Positions 1 through 7,957 of a DNA stretch of 31,163 nt are shown in pieces. Both the position numbers and the translations under genes were made by a program. The notes beneath the pieces were generated by a model. The model ran no database searches and was not told where the DNA came from. It saw only the letters and a list, made by a program, of their open reading frames with translations. How positions within the stretch are numbered: the stretch's first letter is position 1; the number at the start of each line of letters is the position of its first letter. The stretch covers positions 1 to 31,163 of IMG/VR virus record IMGVR_UViG_3300030397_000841; one strand, written 5' to 3'. Source of the stretch: a virus (lineage: Duplodnaviria; Caudoviricetes).

Positions 1-292
1 GGTCTGTACTAAACTCCTCATAATGCTGCCTCAATCTTCTTTTCAACTTACTTGCATATCTGCCAGAAGACAAAGCTGCATCTATTCTGCTTCTTCCAAA
101 ATGGAACTTGCATCGCCCCTCATACAAATGCTGTGTACCATATCCTGCAACATGACTACAATACTCATCCTCCTTGCCCAACTCAGATATTGGTCTGAAA
201 CAAGTATATATTGTATCTACAATGTAAGTCTCTCCGCCTATTGTATTTCTGAGGACAAATATCTCATTTATCTCATCAACCCTATAACCCAC
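1..292 (-). CDS. putative terminase small subunit / HGGxSTG-like Zn-binding protein, truncated at the window edge (not in ORF track)
   Basis: Manual translation from GTG at 292 (GAGGAG upstream) is open to the edge: ...YCSHVAGYGTQHLYEGRCKFHFG...SGRYASKL.... This resembles the C-x3-AGxGTxHxGxGRCKxH motif of HGGxSTG-type phage TerS proteins. Confidence 0.55.
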   Translation of the reverse strand, partial: MGYRVDEINEIFVLRNTIGGETYIVDTIYTCFRPISELGKEDEYCSHVAGYGTQHLYEGRCKFHFGRSRIDAALSSGRYASKLKRRLRQHYEEFSTD

Positions 293-374
293 TATTACCA
301 TCTCCTCAAATTTACTTGCGCTGCAAATTCTGTAACCTTGCAATGCAAACCTGCAACATACTTGGAAGAATTAT

Positions 375-620
375 TCACGGTATTCTCTCTTGTATGTACT
401 TATCGAGATCTTTGAAATATTTGTCATGTGACATCTCATCATTTCTTCTACTTGTAGCCCTATATCCTGACGAATATCCTCCGCCAATTATCTCGCATCT
501 CTCATTATCTACAGATTTAATGGAAATAAACACCTTCTCCAAAGCCATGATAAGATTGGTCCAATCATCTGCTTGAATTTCTATAGAAAGTACAAACTTT
601 CGCTGAGGCTCCTCTTGCAT
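375..620 (-). CDS. hypothetical protein (81 aa)
   Basis: ORF with GAGGAG RBS, packed in the minus-strand operon. Confidence 0.75.
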   Translation of the reverse strand: MQEEPQRKFVLSIEIQADDWTNLIMALEKVFISIKSVDNERCEIIGGGYSSGYRATSRRNDEMSHDKYFKDLDKYIQERIP

Positions 621-629
621 AATTCTCCT

Positions 630-1088
630 CTACTTGGGAATGTAATGTATATCCAACATTCCCTCCACCCACTTTCTTGTCTTAGGATGGAGGATTATCT
701 TATGACGATTGGCCATATACCACTCCTGAGTGTTGTCAGTTCCTGATTGGGCCTTTCCTGCGCCTATCCAATCTGCCAACATTTCCTTGCGATACTTGTC
801 AGGAATTGGAAGAATTGTGTTAGGCTTTCCTGGAATTATCCAATGCTCCCAATGGTGAGGATTATGATGGATATGATGAAGCCAAGCTCTCTTGTACCTA
901 TGCTTGGCAATTTCCGGAAGTTTTGAAGAAGAATAAAACTTGGTTGCATAAGCTGTAAACTCTGCAGGTGAGAGCTTACTAATATCATGAAATAATGCTT
1001 GCAGTAGAGGCACTTGCAACTTTACACATGCCTCAAACACATAATATTTATGAATTATCACATACTTAAGGTACTTAAGTTGCTTCAT
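630..1088 (-). CDS. DUF5662-like HD-superfamily protein
   Basis: Motifs HK..V, HDISK..EF..Y, AWLHHIHHNPHHWEHW, EMLADWIGA. Confidence 0.75.
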   Translation of the reverse strand: MKQLKYLKYVIIHKYYVFEACVKLQVPLLQALFHDISKLSPAEFTAYATKFYSSSKLPEIAKHRYKRAWLHHIHHNPHHWEHWIIPGKPNTILPIPDKYRKEMLADWIGAGKAQSGTDNTQEWYMANRHKIILHPKTRKWVEGMLDIHYIPK

Positions 1089-1281
1089 CGGAAATATATC
1101 CTTCGAAATGTGCCTTCAAATAATCCTGCGGATTATCTTGCACCCAAGTTGCGGCATGAGGTAAATTTCTAGATTCTAGGAATTTCTTCACCTGAGATAC
1201 ATGCAATGGGCGTGCAAATTCCGCAAGTTCTATGGCTTTCAATCCTTTGTACACTTCTTTAGGCACAACTATTTGTGACAT
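1075..1281 (-). CDS. hypothetical protein, weakly DUF5049-like
   Basis: AAGGAG RBS; pattern VP..V..G..AI...V.......A.WV..N...Y....F.G. Confidence 0.6.
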   Translation of the reverse strand: MSQIVVPKEVYKGLKAIELAEFARPLHVSQVKKFLESRNLPHAATWVQDNPQDYLKAHFEGYISDEAT

Positions 1282-1284
1282 TAT

Positions 1285-2004
1285 TCACTTATCTCCTTGG
1301 AATTTTATTTGGCAATTTCTAAATGCCGAATGTGCAAGAGCTGCCTTCTCTCCTGTAATTAAGTACAATTCCGGAAGCAATGTGAATTCATGCAATCTAG
1401 CCTTGGAAATTGCCAAAGGATAATAAAGCTCGCACTTCAATGACATGCATCTCATATATGTTGCAATTGCATGATATGCAACATATGCTCCAGACCTATC
1501 CAACGGATACCACAATTCTAGAGTTGCTATAGTTCCTCGGGACTTTCTACTTACTTGTTCAGATATGGCTTGTTGGATATATTCGGCCATATCCTTGGCA
1601 ATTGCTGGATGTAATGATGGAAATCTCAGTTTAGCATAAGATCCAACATCTATTGCAGAATCTGTAACATGTGCCACAATGTCCGAACATATTGCACTGT
1701 TCTCTTGCAACTCGGCATGATCGCGCTGCTTTCTGAGGAAGTCTATCATGCAATTTCTCAACACTGAACTTAAGAAATTGTACAATGACGATCTATCGGG
1801 AGAAAACGAATTGGAAGTGGCAATCTTCTGCAACTTAATGTGAGCCTCTTGTTGCAAGTCATCCTTATGGGCAGAGGACACCGAATTTGCAATTGTGGCT
1901 ATCAGTGGAGCTGCCAACTTGTGCAAATCTTCCAATTTGGTTACATCACCAGTATGTATATAGTTAAGGTACAAATTTTCTGCCAGATTGTTGTCAAAGA
2001 TCAA
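1285..2004 (-). CDS. phage sigma70-family sigma factor (region 2 recognisable)
   Basis: DDLQQEAHIKL...FSPDRSSLYNFLSSVLRNCMIDFLRKQ fits sigma region 2.2-2.4 (D L x Q E ... RN xx ID xx RK). Confidence 0.75.
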   Translation of the reverse strand: MIFDNNLAENLYLNYIHTGDVTKLEDLHKLAAPLIATIANSVSSAHKDDLQQEAHIKLQKIATSNSFSPDRSSLYNFLSSVLRNCMIDFLRKQRDHAELQENSAICSDIVAHVTDSAIDVGSYAKLRFPSLHPAIAKDMAEYIQQAISEQVSRKSRGTIATLELWYPLDRSGAYVAYHAIATYMRCMSLKCELYYPLAISKARLHEFTLLPELYLITGEKAALAHSAFRNCQIKFQGDK

Positions 2005-2540
2005 TCTTCATCACACCAATAACAGTGAAGCATCAATCTTACAAATTCCAAATATGTGTAAGATTGGAGGAGGTAATCCAATTGCGTAACCATCCAATAT
2101 TCGTCAAGATGGGACAAATACAAGACCGGAGATAGATTCATATTATGCAGAAATTCAAGACTATGGCCAGGAAATGCGATATAATCTGGAGCATAATTGG
2201 CTGAGAATATCAGGAGCGGATACTTTTCCTGATTGGACATGGATTCATCTTCATCCACTTCCCTCTCTACCTGCTTCACCCAACTGTAGAATTCGCCTTC
2301 TCTCTTGAATATTTGATGAAATTGCCAAGATTTGGTATTCTTGCACTCCACTGTAAATGGAAATGATAAGCCGGACAAGTGAAGTGCCAATTCATTTTGC
2401 TTGGGCTTTATGTCCCCTGCTGTACCTTGCCAAGCACCTGACATGGGTGTCCTTATTAGCTCAAATCCGCACCACTTCGACAATATTTTGGCAATTTTCC
2501 TCTCATACACTTTGCCTTTATTGGATGAATTTACAGCCAT
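2001..2540 (-). CDS. Holliday junction resolvase, Hjc-like PD-(D/E)xK nuclease
   Basis: NSSNKGKVYERKIAKIL, RTPMSGA, GDI, FTVECKN. Confidence 0.85.
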   Translation of the reverse strand: MAVNSSNKGKVYERKIAKILSKWCGFELIRTPMSGAWQGTAGDIKPKQNELALHLSGLSFPFTVECKNTKSWQFHQIFKREGEFYSWVKQVEREVDEDESMSNQEKYPLLIFSANYAPDYIAFPGHSLEFLHNMNLSPVLYLSHLDEYWMVTQLDYLLQSYTYLEFVRLMLHCYWCDED

Positions 2541-2543
2541 AAA

Positions 2544-2822
2544 TTATTGGTCCCATTTCATCCAATTATTTGCATTCCACTGTCCTGAGGGATAAGGTTT
2601 CATAGCAAAATCTGCAAGATGTATGATGATCGTTTCTCTGGAGACTGTCAATTCCATGCGATTCTCATCCAACAATTTGCCAGTAGTGCCATACATCAAT
2701 ATTGGAAATCTGTCACTTTTGCACACCACTTTGTTACCTTCGCCCGGATAGCCTCTGATCTGCCTATCTCTATTCGGAAATTCCGGGACTGTTCTGGAAT
2801 TCAGATATCTATCTGATGGCAT
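2544..2822 (-). CDS. hypothetical protein (start revised to MPSDRY)
   Basis: GAGGAGG RBS precedes the ATG at 2822. Confidence 0.65.
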   Translation of the reverse strand: MPSDRYLNSRTVPEFPNRDRQIRGYPGEGNKVVCKSDRFPILMYGTTGKLLDENRMELTVSRETIIIHLADFAMKPYPSGQWNANNWMKWDQ

Positions 2823-2826
2823 ATGC

Positions 2827-4053
2827 TCATTCCTCCTCAGACACACTCAGAGGCTCTCTGAGCGGCGCTATGGCTGGAATTCGGGTGAATGCACCTAACT
2901 CGCCATGCAGCACCCTCTCAGGACTTCTGAGTGGTGTGAACTGTCCGTAAAAATCGGGATCCAGTAAGCTGACAAATCCGTGAGACATTAGAAATTTCTT
3001 AACTTCTCTGAAATCATAAGTTTCCCACTCTTCGAATTTGGATAATAGTGCGCTGCCGGCTCCGCACAAATCATGGTCCAACCGTATGGCCTTCATCATA
3101 TTGGCAAATCCGGTCAGCCCAAATTTGGAAATCTTCTTAGCAATTCCTGCAGGCATGGGATCGGCGTCAGGATTCTTACCAGTGGCAACATTAACCATAT
3201 TGCTTGCTGAAGCTCCATAGGTTTGTAGCAATTGTTTGGCCCATTTATCACCTATGCCCATGCAACCTTTGAGATTATCTGAAGAATCCCCAACCAAACA
3301 TTTGTAGATTAAATATTCTTTGGGGTCTACTCCAACATAAGAATAGAAGGTTTGCAAGGTTATTATCTGATCCTTTATAGGGTGATAAGTGTGTACATCA
3401 CTGGCAACACACTGCAATAGGTCTTTATCGGAAGACACAATAATTTTCAAATAGTCGCCATGAAATACTTTGGCTGCCTTAGCTATTAAGTCATCTGCCT
3501 CACAATTGCGCTTTCGCACCGAAGACACTCCCAACTTAGGAAGAAAGTTGTGCAGAATTCTAACTTGTCTGACAAAATCTCTATAGGTTTCGTCATCGGA
3601 ATGGTCTCTACTGGCCTTATATTCGGGTTGCGCCTCTTTCCTGTATGCTGGCACTCCGCCATCCCAACAAGCCACAACAACCTTAACATCGCCAAATTTT
3701 CTAATTGTCGAAGACAGTACTTTCAGGAATCCAAAAAGCACCGATACATCTTCACCGTTGTGGGAAAGATCATAAGCATATCGGCACCTGTAGGCCAAAT
3801 TATTAGCATCGAACAATAAAATATTGCCAATAAATCTAGGAATAGGGTCATCTTTTCCAAAAGAAAAGTCAGATTCGCGAAATTGATTCGTGCTTCTGCC
3901 TGTTTTGGCTTGTCTAGCTATAGCTATGTGCTTGGCAGCCCTTATCACATATTCTGCAGGTGTGTCATCTGGCACCTGCTCATAATCCTCTTCGATAACC
4001 TCATAGGTGATATTACCAACTACAAATTCTCCCAGGAATAATTTCTCAGCCAT
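2827..4053 (-). CDS. 5'-3' exonuclease / flap endonuclease (T4 RNase H / PolA 5'-nuclease family) with N-terminal extension
   Basis: LLFDANNLAYR, WDGG, YRK...YKASR, EADDLIA, SSDKDLLQ, LVGDSSDNLKG..GIG.K.A. Confidence 0.92.
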   Translation of the reverse strand: MAEKLFLGEFVVGNITYEVIEEDYEQVPDDTPAEYVIRAAKHIAIARQAKTGRSTNQFRESDFSFGKDDPIPRFIGNILLFDANNLAYRCRYAYDLSHNGEDVSVLFGFLKVLSSTIRKFGDVKVVVACWDGGVPAYRKEAQPEYKASRDHSDDETYRDFVRQVRILHNFLPKLGVSSVRKRNCEADDLIAKAAKVFHGDYLKIIVSSDKDLLQCVASDVHTYHPIKDQIITLQTFYSYVGVDPKEYLIYKCLVGDSSDNLKGCMGIGDKWAKQLLQTYGASASNMVNVATGKNPDADPMPAGIAKKISKFGLTGFANMMKAIRLDHDLCGAGSALLSKFEEWETYDFREVKKFLMSHGFVSLLDPDFYGQFTPLRSPERVLHGELGAFTRIPAIAPLREPLSVSEEE

Positions 4054-5032
4054 ATGCACTTTCCAATAATTCCGCTATCTTGTCATAATGATCATCGAAC
4101 ACCTTGGAGAATGTTTTCTTTTGGAATTTATGCTCTTGTTTGCCTAGTTGCAAAGTGTACCACCCCTTTCCTTTCAGCAAGTCCAATTCCTTCAGCATAT
4201 TGAATGCACATTCGGCCTCATCTATGCCATAATCATAATATACTGGCAATAAAGTGTGCCTGTAAGGTGGTCCAAACCTATTCTTCACAACTGTCGCTTG
4301 GGTTTGCACACCAACGATTCTCTTATTACTTTCTTTCAACTTGGCCCTATTCTGTAATTCTATTCTCATGGTGGAATAGAAGCCTATGGCCTTGCCACCA
4401 TAAGTTGTAGCGCCATCACCGAACATAACTCCCAACTTTTGGCGAGTTTGATTAGTGAGCACAAGGCATACATTGTTACTGGCAACTTCTCTAATAATTT
4501 TGCGCATTGCACCAGAGATAGATCTGGCAGCTGTAGGATAATTTCTGGCTTCATACGAATCAGCATCTAATTCATCCATAGTCGCAATAGAAGCCACTGA
4601 ATCCCAAACGAATGTCATCAAGCCATCTTTGCCTATATGCTTATTCTTAAAATCTATTAGCTCTATTAAAGCCTTGAATACCTCATCCACAGTGTTGGGA
4701 GCAATATATGCCAATTTATCATTATCTACACCCAAATCCTTCAATCTGTCTGGGTCTAAGGCGGATTCTGGATCGGCATATACGCTGAATCCGCCTTGCT
4801 CTTGAGTGGAAATAATGGCTTGGGTGGCCAATAGAGTCTTACCTGTGGAGTTGTCTCCATATATTTCAGTGATTCTCCTGACAGGAAATCCTCCATTCAT
4901 GATAATGTCCAGAGGCATTATACCTGTAGATAACCATTGGCTGACATGGCACAGAGATTCAGGATCTGAGAGCTTGGTTACAGATATTTTAGCATTCTTT
5001 TCCGCATCTGCAATTAAATCTGCAAGGCTCAA
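4046..5032 (-). CDS. recA: RecA/UvsX-like recombinase
   Basis: STGIMPLD, GGFP..RITEIYGDNSTGKT (Walker A), DPESALD, VWDSVA, NQTR.K.GVMFG, TTYGGKAIGFYSTMR, VKNR..PP. Confidence 0.93.
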   Translation of the reverse strand: MSLADLIADAEKNAKISVTKLSDPESLCHVSQWLSTGIMPLDIIMNGGFPVRRITEIYGDNSTGKTLLATQAIISTQEQGGFSVYADPESALDPDRLKDLGVDNDKLAYIAPNTVDEVFKALIELIDFKNKHIGKDGLMTFVWDSVASIATMDELDADSYEARNYPTAARSISGAMRKIIREVASNNVCLVLTNQTRQKLGVMFGDGATTYGGKAIGFYSTMRIELQNRAKLKESNKRIVGVQTQATVVKNRFGPPYRHTLLPVYYDYGIDEAECAFNMLKELDLLKGKGWYTLQLGKQEHKFQKKTFSKVFDDHYDKIAELLESAYG

Positions 5033-5256
5033 TTTATCAGTCCCTCTTTCTCCAATCTCTCAATAAATTGGGTTAATTTGTCCACAACCTGATCCTCAGC
5101 AATCTCATACAACTGATCAGCCTTCTCTTCGATGCTTCTTGTAGTGGCAGTATCTTCTATCTCCACCTGAATATTCACATTACTGTAATTTCCAACATTT
5201 AAGCGCATGCCTGCAGTTATTCGTACTTGTTTAGGAACTATAACAACCTTATTCAT
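5029..5256 (-). CDS. hypothetical protein (start revised to MNKVVIV)
   Basis: GAAGGAGG RBS; LNVGNYSNV resembles the NLGNYxx motif of small phage replication-region proteins. Confidence 0.7.
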   Translation of the reverse strand: MNKVVIVPKQVRITAGMRLNVGNYSNVNIQVEIEDTATTRSIEEKADQLYEIAEDQVVDKLTQFIERLEKEGLIN

Positions 5257-5275
5257 AATTATTTCCTCCTTCAAA

Positions 5276-5371
5276 TGCACAGAGCAGGATTCGAACCTGC
5301 GAACATCGCATCTGATGGTTCACTCACCCTCCTAATCGATGCGACAGCTTAAACCACTCGCTCACCTGTGC
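5276..5371 (-). ncRNA. tRNA-like RNA with a 29-nt loop in place of the 7-nt anticodon loop
   Basis: Acceptor GCACAGG/UCUGUGC+A, D arm AGCGAGUGGUUUAAGCU, anticodon stem UCGCA/UGCGA, variable loop UGUUC, T arm GCAGG-UUCGAAU-CCUGC. Confidence 0.8.
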
Positions 5372-5415
5372 AAATGTTCCATGTCGCGACTCTATGCCGG
5401 AACATGGCAACATAA

Positions 5416-5457
5416 TGGACCTTGGAAGATTCGAACTTCCGCATTACCATAAGGTCC
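5416..5457 (-). ncRNA. tRNA minihelix-like RNA (acceptor stem and T arm only)
   Basis: GGACCUU-AUGGUAAUGC-GGAAG-UUCGAAU-CUUCC-AAGGUCC-A: perfect 7-bp acceptor stem, perfect 5-bp T stem, canonical T loop. Confidence 0.7.
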
Positions 5458-5542
5458 AATACTTCTTATTTCTTAACCATCCCAAGAATTTCCACGTTGT
5501 TGCTTGATGATAACCTCCTTAATATTTGCCTAACGCAACTGC

Positions 5543-6367
5543 CTAGTGACGAGACGAACGACGTGACCGCTCGCGACGAATGGCTGCGCCAACTTCGCCA
5601 CCGCCATTACCAGAACCTTGAGCCTGTAGGTCATAGGATGTGGTCGAAGCATCAATGCCATATTCACTCACCATGCGCTCATAGGGCATCAACTTTACAA
5701 TCACACCCTTGCCCAGATCATCATCCTCTTCCGGATCATCGCTCAACATAACCCAAGATAGATCCGCCGCATTTTCGAAAATTTCATCTGCTTTGTCCTC
5801 ATTGGCATGAAGAGGAGATTCCAGTCGACGGGCAGCAACTTCATATTCTGTCTCCAAGCCAGTGCCTCTGCGAGTGAGAATGAGATCAAATCCTTCGGCC
5901 TCATCTACAATATCCCCATAGTCCGGATGATCGATATAGTTGATAATGCTCTGGAAGATGGTGCTGCCAGGAGTGAAGATGTATGGTCCTGTTCCTGTAT
6001 TTCCTCGCTCATCATCCTTATCTCGCACAACAATATTCATCCAATATCGCTTATTGACTTTGGTCTTACTGGCCAAGGCTTTGTCATCCTCGGTGCCTTT
6101 CCACAACCTGCTGACCATGTCACAGATAGGGCAATCATATTCTCCGGAAGTGGTAAATTTTGGGCACTTTACAAATTTACCATCCGGCAAATAGTGCTGC
6201 CCTACTTCCTGGAAGAAGAATTCCATTTGACCAACTTCCGGAAGTATGCGAATCACTGAATCTCCTGCAGGCGGCTTCCAGAATCCCTCATTACCTCCGC
6301 CACCACCTACATCCATCTGCCCTAATTTCTTGCGAAGTTTACTCAATTTGTCGTTTGTTGTTGCCAT
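5543..6367 (-). CDS. single-stranded DNA-binding protein, T4 gp32-like
   Basis: FWKPPAG...IRILP, H...C.......CPIC Zn site, RYWMNI, YGDIVD...GFDLILTRRGTGL.TEY; lies between a UvsY-like gene and recA. Confidence 0.85.
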   Translation of the reverse strand: MATTNDKLSKLRKKLGQMDVGGGGGNEGFWKPPAGDSVIRILPEVGQMEFFFQEVGQHYLPDGKFVKCPKFTTSGEYDCPICDMVSRLWKGTEDDKALASKTKVNKRYWMNIVVRDKDDERGNTGTGPYIFTPGSTIFQSIINYIDHPDYGDIVDEAEGFDLILTRRGTGLETEYEVAARRLESPLHANEDKADEIFENAADLSWVMLSDDPEEDDDLGKGVIVKLMPYERMVSEYGIDASTTSYDLQAQGSGNGGGEVGAAIRRERSRRSSRH

Positions 6368-6428
6368 TATATTCTCCTTTGAGACTATTTGCCTATGTGC
6401 CTAATTGGCTATGCGGCTTTGTCTACTA

Positions 6429-6443
6429 TATATAACTGGTTTA
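6429..6443 (-). promoter_or_regulatory. putative phage-sigma (middle/late) promoter motif TAAACCAGTTATATA
   Basis: Identical 15-mer at 14753-14767 and a 1-mismatch copy at 28230-28244; all at gene ends or in intergenic gaps, same orientation. Confidence 0.6.
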
Positions 6444-6446
6444 ATA

Positions 6447-6935
6447 TCAGTCTTCGCCATTTCTTGTTCTTCTCAACTTTTCCTTGGTTTGCAATAGTTG
6501 CATATTTGTAACATCGAATTCTTGTCGCAATGTTGCTCCTAAGGAGATTAACATATCTCCGCGCTGCTTCATGGCATCAGTCATGGATTTCAATACTTTG
6601 TAATTCTTGAGTGCGGCATTCTCCTTCAACTGCGCCTCGATATATTCCTCATCGGATAATACCAGAGATCTTATCTTACCTTCAGTAAATTTCTCATTGG
6701 CCTTTGCCAACTGGTCCCTATAATCCAACTCTATGTCCGCATATGTGCGCTCTCTGTGCTGTTTGGCTTCCGTATAGACAACTTCTGCTACTGCTGCTCT
6801 AGACCCTACAAATGCCAATTTAGAGGCTTGAGTGGCAAATGCTTCACTTAGTTGCGCCTCCTCTACAGCATACAATTCGCCGAATGATACTTTCCTACCT
6901 TCTACATCTATGGTTAATTTATTAAGTTCATCCAT
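6447..6935 (-). CDS. UvsY-like recombination mediator (start revised to MDELNK)
   Basis: Long helical protein with KFTEGKIRSLVLSDEEY and AMKQRGDMLISLGA..RQE; adjacent to SSB. Confidence 0.7.
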   Translation of the reverse strand: MDELNKLTIDVEGRKVSFGELYAVEEAQLSEAFATQASKLAFVGSRAAVAEVVYTEAKQHRERTYADIELDYRDQLAKANEKFTEGKIRSLVLSDEEYIEAQLKENAALKNYKVLKSMTDAMKQRGDMLISLGATLRQEFDVTNMQLLQTKEKLRRTRNGED

Positions 6936-6942
6936 ACTATGG

Positions 6943-7269
6943 TCACCCCTTCTTGTGCTTCTGTAATTCTTCAACAAAATGTGCCAACACTCTGTTCATG
7001 TATTGCATTTCGTGCGAATTTGCAACAATTTCTGCCACTTCCTCCTCAGTTCTGCAAACACTAGGTTTTGCCTTGAATAATCTCTTTGCAAATACATTCA
7101 CCTGCCCTTCAGTAAGATCACTCACATTATCTGGCAATGCAAAAGGCAGATTGGAAATAATGCTCGGAAGTTCCGATTCCATCTCTGCCATGAGATCTAA
7201 CAACTTGTCTATCTGTTCTGTAGTGGCTCTTCTCCGCCTATTAAATCTGGGCAAGCCTGCTGACTCCAT
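6943..7269 (-). CDS. hypothetical protein (108 aa)
   Basis: ORF fills the gap between the MTase and UvsY-like genes. Confidence 0.65.
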   Translation of the reverse strand: MESAGLPRFNRRRRATTEQIDKLLDLMAEMESELPSIISNLPFALPDNVSDLTEGQVNVFAKRLFKAKPSVCRTEEEVAEIVANSHEMQYMNRVLAHFVEELQKHKKG

Positions 7270-7957
7270 AATTATAGACTTGCTTATCTCGTTCTATCAT
7301 AACACTGCTGGCACCTTCCTGCAATGCTGCCACTCCTGTGGAAAATACACCTGCAAATGGATCAAATGCTACATCTATAAAATCTGCATACATGCGAATG
7401 TATTTGCTCAATACCTTCACCGGCTTCTGAGTTTTGGAAATAGCCTTGCGAGTTGCAATATGCCTGATTCGCTCATTGCCCATGCAAATGGGAGATTGTA
7501 TGAAATTATGCATCTCATTTTGCCCAAGCCAATTCAACTTCGCAGATCCTCTAACAAAATGCAACAGCCATTCGCAAGATGACACAGGAGTAGTTTTGCG
7601 AAATTTAGGTGCAGGATTGGTCTTGTGCCAAGTGTGGATTGTTTGCAACACATAGCCTAATTTCTCCATAACCTGTATGTGTGTGGTCAGGCTCTGCCAA
7701 TTCATCCACCATACAAACACAACACTATCTTCCTGCATAAACGAATTCAGATGAATTAGCCAATTTGTGACAAATTGAGTGTAGTTGGATATATGATCCC
7801 AATCGCCAAAATCTAACACAATATCGCTTCTACCTTGTATGGAAATATCAGAAGCACTTATGTCCATGGGAGGATCTGCCAGCACAAAATTAAATTTTGG
7901 TAAATCTGCAGAAGACATATCGAAGAAATCTGCATTATAGTGTTTACAATATGCCAT
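7241..7957 (-). CDS. DNA amino-methyltransferase (N6-A/N4-C, beta-class motif order) with atypical DPPM motif
   Basis: VLADPPM (motif IV), WHKTNPAP, TQKP, DPFAGVFSTG (motif I), IERD. Confidence 0.8.
   Translation of the reverse strand: MAYCKHYNADFFDMSSADLPKFNFVLADPPMDISASDISIQGRSDIVLDFGDWDHISNYTQFVTNWLIHLNSFMQEDSVVFVWWMNWQSLTTHIQVMEKLGYVLQTIHTWHKTNPAPKFRKTTPVSSCEWLLHFVRGSAKLNWLGQNEMHNFIQSPICMGNERIRHIATRKAISKTQKPVKVLSKYIRMYADFIDVAFDPFAGVFSTGVAALQEGASSVMIERDKQVYNYGVSRLAQI

Noticed and set aside
5276-5371. Intron-containing tRNA-Ile(GAU) or a UCA suppressor
   Set aside because: No canonical bulge-helix-bulge at 37/38, too short for a group I intron, and the spliced loop would lack U33.
5276-5540. 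tmRNA or permuted tmRNA
   Set aside because: No G3-U70 pair, no encoded CCA tail and no tag-like reading frame seen.
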